In this document: in pieces, positions 37,148 to 44,862 of the stretch
Numbering within the stretch: position 1 is the first letter of the stretch
Layout of the letters: each line of letters begins with the position of its first letter
Assembly: GCA_021108075.1 (NCBI GenBank)
Contig: JAIORP010000090.1
Span: forward strand, 15,828-79,827
Source: Candidatus Omnitrophota bacterium
GTDB taxonomy: Bacteria; Omnitrophota; Gorgyraeia; Zapsychrales; Zapsychraceae
Direction: 5' to 3'
Length of the DNA stretch: 64,000 bases
Notes under the pieces: model-generated
The model's database searches: none
Seen by the model: only the letters and a program-made list of their open reading frames with translations
Told to the model about the DNA's origin: nothing
Program-made: the position numbers and the translations under genes

Positions 37148-38620
37148 TTAATAAGTAATATTGACATACGGATCATTTTGCACATCGGTAATCCATTTGC
37201 GGCCTCTTATATCCCGGATCCGACTCCGCACAAAAATGCGCGGATAAATCGGAGGAACCGCGGCCATATCTCCTGCGATATAACAGGTTAAAACCAGATT
37301 ATTGCCGGAAAAACAATCAGGGAGTCCATTGCTACAACCGCCGTGAGGACTACAACAGACTTCAACAGGATTATATCCTGGACGCTCCGGATCAACTTGT
37401 GCCGCAGGAAGATATTCAAAACCCGTTTGGTGCACACAGAAACGACCTGTATCCGCACTAAGCTGAAGAAGCCGCGAGATGACATCAATCTGATCTTTTT
37501 TCTGTGCGTTACGCACAAACTGACGTCCTGGTTGATCTGCCGCGAACAGCTTTCCCTCTTCAATTAAAAGGTAGTGCCCCGGTTCGGTTTTGGTATAAAC
37601 CTGCATGTCACTCTGAAAGCCTGACCGGGGTTTTGTGTCGCTATCATTCACACCCGAATCCCAATCGCCTTCTTGAAAATCTTCAACGTAATAACTTATC
37701 GCCCGCCCCCAACCATCGCTGACCATGCTCCAGACTCGCTCTTGTTTAAGATCTCCATCCAGATCGAGCATAACATTAACCTCTTCAGCGATATTCATCA
37801 ATTCTGCTATATTGAAATTCCGGGTAATCGTACTATTTTTGGTCGAATCCCACCCCCGCACACGGACCCATTGCCAACCAAATTCTGCGCGAAGGGCTGG
37901 ACCAACGACATCGGTGGCTCCATCGCGATCCAGATCAAAACGGTCGTCTTCAGGCAATAAATCAGCGGGACACGAATTCGGGCAAGTTGAGGTAGGCGTT
38001 CCACAACAATATTTTTCACTCGCCCGATGGTTGAAAACCTTCATTGGAAAAAACCGACAACCCGCGGGGCTTTGAGTCGTTATAATAGCTCCTGTTGGAC
38101 TGAATGATGTCGTCGATCGGATCAGACAATTAGGATCCCAGGCGGAATCAGGACCTGTCATTGGAACCGCAATAGTAACATAGTTAGATATTGTTAAAGG
38201 AAAATATTGTCCATTAACAAAAGCATCAATTCGTGCAATGTCTTGCCTGTCATTTCCTTCAATAGCCATAAACAGGTGACGGCTAAAACTAGCGGAGCCG
38301 CTAGCCATGTACGGTGATCTGTTCTTCGAGGCAAATTTTGCGGATGCTCCTGCTAATCGATCTTCAACATAAATTACTGTTGCGCTGTTGCGCGAAGCCA
38401 TCGGCCCTGCCCCCATCATTCCTTCCGAATACATGTACGACTGTTGCAGGGCCATCCGCATCGCTCGAATATGATGATGCTGCCCATAAGATTGATTCAT
38501 AGATTGCTTAACCGTAACGCCGATGACAAAAAGAAGAACCGATCCAAAAACAGCCAATTCTAAAGCTGTTTGTCCCCAACGATTATCTGCTTTTTTTTGT
38601 TTTATATAAATTTGATTCAT
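37148..38620 (-). CDS. Large TadE-like pilin-anchored protein with Cys clusters and DxDxDG loops
   Basis: RWG|QTALELAVFGSVLLFVIGV leader; DLDRDG and DLDGD loops; CC-x(n)-C clusters. Confidence 0.8.
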   Translation of the reverse strand: MNQIYIKQKKADNRWGQTALELAVFGSVLLFVIGVTVKQSMNQSYGQHHHIRAMRMALQQSYMYSEGMMGAGPMASRNSATVIYVEDRLAGASAKFASKNRSPYMASGSASFSRHLFMAIEGNDRQDIARIDAFVNGQYFPLTISNYVTIAVPMTGPDSAWDPNCLIRSTTSFSPTGAIITTQSPAGCRFFPMKVFNHRASEKYCCGTPTSTCPNSCPADLLPEDDRFDLDRDGATDVVGPALRAEFGWQWVRVRGWDSTKNSTITRNFNIAELMNIAEEVNVMLDLDGDLKQERVWSMVSDGWGRAISYYVEDFQEGDWDSGVNDSDTKPRSGFQSDMQVYTKTEPGHYLLIEEGKLFAADQPGRQFVRNAQKKDQIDVISRLLQLSADTGRFCVHQTGFEYLPAAQVDPERPGYNPVEVCCSPHGGCSNGLPDCFSGNNLVLTCYIAGDMAAVPPIYPRIFVRSRIRDIRGRKWITDVQNDPYVNITY

Positions 38621-38635
38621 GTTAATCTAAAATTG

Positions 38636-38672
38636 TCGGTTCAGCCATGTTCCTGTTCACTGGCTGAACCGA
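38636..38672. terminator. Strong intergenic hairpin (terminator or mRNA stabiliser)
   Basis: TCGGTTCAGCCA-13 nt-TGGCTGAACCGA, a perfect 12-bp stem with only a weak U-tract. Confidence 0.45.
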
Positions 38673-38678
38673 AACAAA

Positions 38679-39002
38679 CTAATAAGAGGCGACCCCTTCG
38701 TAGCCTATTTTTCTTTCCGTGCTGACCGTCATGTCTCGTCGTCGTGACCAATATCCAGTCGGATCATCGACGGTAATTAACTGTGTATTCGTATTATGTT
38801 CTAGCGTGTACAGCAAGGAGGTGTTGCCGAGTCGAGGATCATATTGGTCACCTAATCCGTCGACAGCTGCTTTCCATCGTCCCTGAATGCCTCTTTTGTA
38901 GTAATTGCTGATGCCGACAAACGCGCCCAATAAAATCACAATAATCGACGTGTACTCAAGGACGCTTTGGGCTTTTTTATTCTTTATCAGTCGTTTTAGC
39001 AT
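38679..39002 (-). CDS. Flp/Tad-type pilin-like protein
   Basis: NKKA|QSVLEY, hydrophobic helix, then YYKRGIQGRWK. Confidence 0.85.
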   Translation of the reverse strand: MLKRLIKNKKAQSVLEYTSIIVILLGAFVGISNYYKRGIQGRWKAAVDGLGDQYDPRLGNTSLLYTLEHNTNTQLITVDDPTGYWSRRRDMTVSTERKIGYEGVASY

Positions 39003-39067
39003 TCTAATCTTCCTTCCTAAAGCAATTATACTATATTACAATAAATAAATAACATTTACCATAAATA

Positions 39068-39403
39068 TTATCGATCTCGATGTCCCATGTTGATTTTTGC
39101 ATTGGACACCGTGTAGATGGTGTCATCGTAGACGAAATTAAATATTCCCAATCGTTCCATTCGCCGTTTGTTCACCTGCGATCTTCTCGACGTATAGGAA
39201 TGCTCAAGATGCCCTCTCTCGCGTGAAAATTCTTGTTCAGCATTATGCTGATTTCCAATCTGATCGACGACCAAACGAATCATTGTCTGTGTTGACCTTT
39301 TTATGAGCGGAAGCATGGCATACATCAAACCCGTTACAAGAGTTAAGACGACCGTATATTCTAACATTGTTTGTGCTTGATTTTCATATTTTCGTCTTAA
39401 CAT
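39068..39403 (-). CDS. Flp/Tad-type pilin-like protein
   Basis: NQA|QTMLEY, hydrophobic helix, then LIKRSTQ. Confidence 0.82.
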   Translation of the reverse strand: MLRRKYENQAQTMLEYTVVLTLVTGLMYAMLPLIKRSTQTMIRLVVDQIGNQHNAEQEFSRERGHLEHSYTSRRSQVNKRRMERLGIFNFVYDDTIYTVSNAKINMGHRDR

Positions 39404-39411
39404 AAATTATT

Positions 39412-39801
39412 TTATTCCCAACGAGCCGTTCCTGGTGCCCCGGTTTCCGATTGAGTGACGCTTGTTTTTGATTCGTCCACAATTTTACGAAAAATCCCTG
39501 TTGTTCCTCCTGGCAATAAACGGGTGTCATGTGTGGCGCGCGCAGCTGAACGTGTTATCACATTTGAATAATAGGGTTCATATTCTGCTCGGTAGAGTTC
39601 CTGTACAATATGGGGGTCAGATCGGTCGACGATAATCGCAAACATGGTGCGTCGAGCATCTTTGAAACGAGCCTGGACCGCACGCTTAAAATAAAAACTG
39701 ATGGCTGTTAACATGGCTAAAAACATTGTTATAAAAATAACATATTCGGTTGACATCGCTTGTGCTTTTTTGTTCCGGATTTTTCTTAACATAACACACA
39801 C
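39412..39801 (-). CDS. Flp/Tad-type pilin-like protein (true start may be the ATG at 39792)
   Basis: NKKA|QAMSTEY, helix, YFKRAVQAR and EYEPYY; paralogous to 41193-41561. Confidence 0.85.
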   Translation of the reverse strand: MCVMLRKIRNKKAQAMSTEYVIFITMFLAMLTAISFYFKRAVQARFKDARRTMFAIIVDRSDPHIVQELYRAEYEPYYSNVITRSAARATHDTRLLPGGTTGIFRKIVDESKTSVTQSETGAPGTARWE

Positions 39802-40735
39802 TTTTCCTTGATATTACAAGTATAACTGAAAATTTCCTTGCTGACCATATCACATATAATATTATACAGAAAAAAAATAAAAAATAAATAAAATCTTTTT
39901 TTTCATAAGTTTCCTTTTTTAATGTCAATTCAAGGCAGCACACTATCTTGTCCGCTTTCAGCGCTGTTCAAAACTAAAAGACCTGCCTGACATATCCATG
40001 CGAAGTAGTAATCTGATCAAGGGGCCTCTAACGCATTTGCGATTCTTGACTTACTTTGTTACGAAATTTTGTCGTGCGTTGCATCAGCCTGAAAAAATGT
40101 CCCAATAGTTAAACGGAACAACCTATAACGATAATGAATCTCGTCGCGCATGAACCGTCAAAAAAATATTGCTGCCGTGATGATCAAATACTCGTCGACA
40201 AATCAAAAAAATAAAGACGGCCTTATTCAATAATTCATTTAAATTGACAAAATAATCATGCTTAAATCAACACATGATTTAAAGAGAAAACACGTAATGA
40301 TGGAAGACCTGACGGAATAATATTCTCATGCCTTTTTTCGCAGCCAAAAATAAAAACAGAACCCGTTAATATAAAAAGTCGTTAAATAAATATAATCAGC
40401 ACATCTTTATAGGACGACACTATCATCTAACAATCAAAACCGGATCCTGAACAAAGCATGCGATATTGATGGAACAGCAGAGTTCAAACTGTATCACAAT
40501 AAAATCATCTTCCCTAAAATAATAAAGAAATCATCACATTTTTTCTGAGCGATTTTTTCCTTCTGCAAAAAATCATCCTAGCATCACCCACTCACAACAC
40601 GATCCGCTCATTTAAATAGACACAAAAAGTATTGTCACATATAGATTTATAATACTATCGCCTAAATTTAGAAAAGTCGCATTGGACTCTTTAAATGACT
40701 GATTATCGCTCATACAAATACTTTTTTGCGAACAC

Positions 40736-40774
40736 ACAAAAGGCTTGTCAGAAAAATCCTGACAAGCCTTTTGT
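40736..40774. terminator. Bidirectional intrinsic terminator after the first four pilin genes
   Basis: ACAAAAGGCTTGTCAG-7 nt-CTGACAAGCCTTTTGT perfect inverted repeat. Confidence 0.85.
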
Positions 40775-40805
40775 TACAACTAACAAAACAACTGTAAGGT
40801 TATTA

Positions 40806-41132
40806 TTAACCCCAGAATTCTTGTTGAACGTTGATGATAAATTCATTCAATAGAGTGTTAGTTACTTCTGCGCCAGTCAATGTTGATGTTGTAACACCAG
40901 TAGTGAACGAATCTAAAGTAGTACTAATTGTCGATGTCTGAACTCTTACGTTTGTGTTACCACTGGAGAATTGGTCTCCAATGTCATCAGCAGCACTTTT
41001 AAATCGTCCTTGCAAGCCTCTTTTTATGTATACTTGAATGGACAATAAAGCACCAATGATAATGATAATGAGAACAGCGTATTCAAGGGTGCTTTGCCCT
41101 TTTTGTCTTTTTTTGTTTAAATACTTAAACAT
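40806..41132 (-). CDS. Flp/Tad-type pilin-like protein
   Basis: AGGAGG RBS; RQKG|QSTLEY, helix, then YIKRGLQGRFK. Confidence 0.88.
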   Translation of the reverse strand: MFKYLNKKRQKGQSTLEYAVLIIIIIGALLSIQVYIKRGLQGRFKSAADDIGDQFSSGNTNVRVQTSTISTTLDSFTTGVTTSTLTGAEVTNTLLNEFIINVQQEFWG

Positions 41133-41192
41133 TAGTCTTTCCTCCTGATAAAAGTTTATATCTATAGAATCATAGAATTAGAAAGTCTTAAA

Positions 41193-41561
41193 TTACCAAT
41201 CTTCACCCGCACCAACTTGTGAGTTGTAAAGGGATGTTTGATAACCAGCAGATTGTCTCGTTCTTTCATTGTCTGCCAAGTGTCTTGCACCATATATAAC
41301 TTGGTCATCCAACTCTTTAACATCCACGTCTTGTCTACTAATAGAATAGTTTGATTGCAAGTAGTATGGTTCGTACTGCATTGTAGTACCCATATCAGTT
41401 GTGGAATCTGACATGAACTTTGCTGCATCTTTCACGCGAGCTTGCAAAGCTCTTTGTGCATATGTTTGCATCGCAATAATACCTGCAACAACGAGAGAAA
41501 TCAAAATAGCATATTCAGCGGTATTTTGCGCTTTTTTATTTTTAAAAAGTTTCTTAAACAT
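41193..41561 (-). CDS. Flp/Tad-type pilin-like protein
   Basis: AGGAGG RBS; NKKA|QNTAEY, helix, YAQRALQAR and QYEPYY. Confidence 0.88.
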   Translation of the reverse strand: MFKKLFKNKKAQNTAEYAILISLVVAGIIAMQTYAQRALQARVKDAAKFMSDSTTDMGTTMQYEPYYLQSNYSISRQDVDVKELDDQVIYGARHLADNERTRQSAGYQTSLYNSQVGAGEDW

Positions 41562-41622
41562 TTATTTTCCTCCTAAAGTTACTATCAATAAATAATTTCC
41601 ATAATGATAACTGTAAAATAAA

Positions 41623-41826
41623 TTATCGAGAACCTGATAATCTATTAGCCATTTTTGACATGCCATTGGTACCAGTTAAAAGCGTAGTGTTAAATGCAGT
41701 TTGAAAGACACCACCACTGGCAAGGAAAATCAAAAGGGCGGCGATTACAGCAGCGAACAAAATAATGTATTCTACCGTACTCTGTCCTTTTTTCTTTTTT
41801 GATTTCATGATATTTCTTTTGAGCAT
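41623..41826 (-). CDS. Short Flp-type pilin (candidate major pilin)
   Basis: AGGAGG RBS; KKKG|QSTVEYIILFAAVIAALLIFL; 67 aa. Confidence 0.85.
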   Translation of the reverse strand: MLKRNIMKSKKKKGQSTVEYIILFAAVIAALLIFLASGGVFQTAFNTTLLTGTNGMSKMANRLSGSR

Positions 41827-41892
41827 TATTATCCTCCTTAAACATATAACTTAACTTTACCCCAATAAAACATTCTTCTTCTTGAAGAACAT

Positions 41893-42060
41893 TTATTCTG
41901 CTGTGAATTCATTTTGAATCATCTGTTGCGTTGCCTGAACCGAACGATACACATAAGTACCCATTGCTATAACTGCAGAAGATATAATAGCTGCGACTAT
42001 GGCATATTCAATTAAATGTTGTCCCTTTTGTCTTTTTATTTTTTTTTGTTTAATTGACAT
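41893..42060 (-). CDS. Short Flp-type pilin, 55 aa (below the ORF track cutoff)
   Basis: Manual translation: MSIKQKKIKRQKG|QHLIEYAIVAAIISSAVIAMGTYVYRSVQATQQMIQNEFTAE*. Confidence 0.85.
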   Translation of the reverse strand: MSIKQKKIKRQKGQHLIEYAIVAAIISSAVIAMGTYVYRSVQATQQMIQNEFTAE

Positions 42061-42293
42061 CATCGCCGCTACCTTATGTGTTCAACAAATAACTTTGCCT
42101 TCACTCCTAACCTTTAAGAGTAAAAATTCAAGAAGGCTCTATCCCTTCTCAAAAAATAAACCTGAGAACGGGCCCTTCAGCAACTATAAGCTTAAAAACA
42201 CTTATAATTTACTGAAGGAGTTCAAACACCTTGTGGTGTGGAAGTTCAATTTTCAAAGATTCTCATATTATATCTGACAAATATTATGATAAA

Positions 42294-42323
42294 AGTATAC
42301 CATATAGAAATTACTTCTGTCAA
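42294..42323 (-). promoter_or_regulatory. Sigma70-type promoter of the pilin operon
   Basis: Minus strand TTGACA-18 nt-TATACT with an extended -10 TG. Confidence 0.6.
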
Positions 42324-42349
42324 TGCTTCAGTTTTAACTAAAAATTATT

Positions 42350-44311
42350 TCAAAAATCAATAAATAACAACTTATTTTCCTGCGTCTTGATATGAGCGGC
42401 ATTAAGTCTTTGGCAGGCTTGTCGCAGTAATTTAGAATTTTCACAAACTCTTGATTCGCAAAGGTTTACGTTTACTTCATTGTCTGTCTTGCAAAATTTA
42501 CCCCGCAGGGACAACAAGGCGGCAAACGCATCTTCCCATTCTTCATTGGAAAGATATTTAAAATATAAATCTGGAAAAAATCTTTTCAATGTATATAAAA
42601 TAAGATCCTGCGCATAACTTTCAATCAAACTGATCACTCCTTGATCCATGGAAGCCATATCAAATGAAGCTTCCGGCATCTCGCAATTGTCCTCTTTTCG
42701 CCCATAGCCTACGTCTAAGTCGATCTGAGCAAAATTTCGCCAGCTACATAGATAAGAAAAAAGCACATCCTCCGTCTCTTGAGATAAATCATTCGTAATT
42801 AATGTACAGATTTCTTTATCCCTCTTTTCATTCCAAATACTAATGCCTTTTAATATAAAACTCACTTCTTCTCCGTTCTTCTCTGATATTGGAATCAATC
42901 CTTCCTTATAATAAAAAACCTCATCGTAGGCATTGTGATAAATAGCCTTAAAATCTCCCCTATTAAGCATTGCGAGTCCTTCTTGATACTGACAAACATA
43001 CGGCAGAGAAGAGCCGGGTTCTATCTGACCCTTCACATTTAAAAACATTCTGCTTTTCTGCTTGGGGTTTATTCCAATAACAACTCGCCTTTTCATCCTA
43101 GGAAAAACATCAAATGTTGCTAAAGGTTGCTGATTACTGCTGCAGATATTTATTTGCTTCACTTCTTGCGTTGAAACAGAGAAAAAAACCTTTAAAAAAG
43201 AATGGAGATGAGGGACATCGACATCTAACGAAGAAACATAAAAAACGTCCTGGTTACTGATAATATATTTTGTAACATCCTCAATTGATTTTAATAAAGT
43301 GCTTGTATTAATTGGGGGGGGAGCTGTGTGGACTGTAAATTGACTAAAATTAATGAAATATTTCGTGCCATCTACCAAGTTAAGCTCAACAAAGGCCGTT
43401 CCTAAAAAAACTTCCCTTTTACGCATTTTATATTCAAAAAGAATTTGTTCGGATATTTGTTGCTGATTAAGCGTGGCCCACTCCCGATTCAGGTCGACCT
43501 CTTTATAATTTAAAATACATTGAAATAATTCTGTCTGAGCGGAAACGAATGACATGGTGTCTTCCAGGCTATCAAGAAACACCCTTTGCTTTATGACCTT
43601 AAGCATCGTAAGCAGAGAGAGGGCATCCGGTAAATTCTTGGACCATAAACGAGACGTGCTTTGAAACAACTCTTGCCAAAAGGCACCTCGATTTAATTCC
43701 CATTCAGCAGCTCGAACAAAAACCATTCCCATGTTGGGAAAAACTGGGGACATCCTTTGTTCATATTCACGTTTTAATGTGCGAACATATTGTAAAAATT
43801 CCTGATGTTTCTTTTCACGCCAGAAAGGATTTTGTTTCGAATCCTTTAACCTCATTTTTCTATCCGGAATATGCGGTTCCTTTTTAGAAATGACGGGTAT
43901 CGCCTCTTCCCGTCTCTGTTCCAGCTCGTGTGTCCCATCCCCTTTAAACTGTTGCTCTGCCAGTAGAAGTTTATCAATTTCTTTTTTCAAGTCAGGCCTC
44001 TTCTTTATTCGGATGCTGTTCCTGTCTACGGATATATTTGAAGGTAAACTTTTAAAGAGCTGATTCTTTTTCTGTTCCGGGATAATAAACTTCAGTTCTT
44101 TTGGTGCATTCTTTTTTTGAAAACGTCTGCCGACCTGATTGCTTAATAGCGCTTTTTTGAGTATGGTATTAACAGAGGATTTGGATATTTTTATTTCAAA
44201 TTCCTTGCTCGCTAGTTCCGCTAACGCACGGCAACCGGAGGAAGGATTTTCTTTTTTAGCGTTGACAATATAGTCAACAACTTCTTTTTTTAATTTGTGA
44301 ATGACTCCCAT
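42350..44311 (-). CDS. Hypothetical protein with an N-terminal HTH and transposase-like C-terminal motifs
   Basis: Likely start MGVIHKL at 44311 (the ORF track extends to 44374). HTH: GCRALAELASKEFEIKISKSSVNTILKK. Later LITN...YLCSW and ACQRLN motifs. Confidence 0.75.
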   Translation of the reverse strand: MGVIHKLKKEVVDYIVNAKKENPSSGCRALAELASKEFEIKISKSSVNTILKKALLSNQVGRRFQKKNAPKELKFIIPEQKKNQLFKSLPSNISVDRNSIRIKKRPDLKKEIDKLLLAEQQFKGDGTHELEQRREEAIPVISKKEPHIPDRKMRLKDSKQNPFWREKKHQEFLQYVRTLKREYEQRMSPVFPNMGMVFVRAAEWELNRGAFWQELFQSTSRLWSKNLPDALSLLTMLKVIKQRVFLDSLEDTMSFVSAQTELFQCILNYKEVDLNREWATLNQQQISEQILFEYKMRKREVFLGTAFVELNLVDGTKYFINFSQFTVHTAPPPINTSTLLKSIEDVTKYIISNQDVFYVSSLDVDVPHLHSFLKVFFSVSTQEVKQINICSSNQQPLATFDVFPRMKRRVVIGINPKQKSRMFLNVKGQIEPGSSLPYVCQYQEGLAMLNRGDFKAIYHNAYDEVFYYKEGLIPISEKNGEEVSFILKGISIWNEKRDKEICTLITNDLSQETEDVLFSYLCSWRNFAQIDLDVGYGRKEDNCEMPEASFDMASMDQGVISLIESYAQDLILYTLKRFFPDLYFKYLSNEEWEDAFAALLSLRGKFCKTDNEVNVNLCESRVCENSKLLRQACQRLNAAHIKTQENKLLFIDF

Positions 44312-44426
44312 AAATATATGATCAAAAATTTTTATTTTATAAAAATTATTAATGGTTTTATTGCATACAATCAAAAAAACTTTTCATCGACACATCGATT
44401 TGTACTGCAGCGCATCAATAAAAAAA

Positions 44427-44768
44427 TCAAGAAATGTCTAATTCGTCATCGACTGAAACACCTTTTTGGGCTATCTTGCCACTGGGCAACTCAATACAAT
44501 AACTTGATTTTGAGTAAATACGGCTCATTCTCCACGGTTTAATGTTTTCAAGCAAGCCAACGACTTTGTGATTCTTGGAAACAAAAATCACATCAATAGC
44601 AAATCGCATAAAAAACATATGAATGGAATTGCAACGGGTGATGACCAGCCCTTCGTCGTCACTTAAAGACAATCGACTCATAAGCCCGATCAGCCGCGAA
44701 AAAAATGAATCGGCCATGCGCACATTGCTAGCAATGATACTGTTTTTCGTTTTATTCTTGACGATCAA
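44427..44768 (-). CDS. DUF192 family protein
   Basis: ADSFFSRLIGLM, NSIHMFFMRFAIDVIF and IELPSG motifs; GGAGG RBS. Confidence 0.9.
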   Translation of the reverse strand: MIVKNKTKNSIIASNVRMADSFFSRLIGLMSRLSLSDDEGLVITRCNSIHMFFMRFAIDVIFVSKNHKVVGLLENIKPWRMSRIYSKSSYCIELPSGKIAQKGVSVDDELDIS

Positions 44769-44862
44769 AATAAACCTCCTTTAAAAACACTCTGCTAGCA
44801 ACAATCAAAAAAGGCCCTTTTCCTAAGGGCCCTTATAATAAACGAACATTGTTTCACCCGAA

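Noticed and set aside
39686-39943. 85-aa ORF, and a short MKKKILFIFYFFSV* reading with homopolymer tracts (possible phase variation)
   Set aside because: The 85-aa ORF overlaps the pilin gene out of frame, and no frameshift-corrected product is recognisable.
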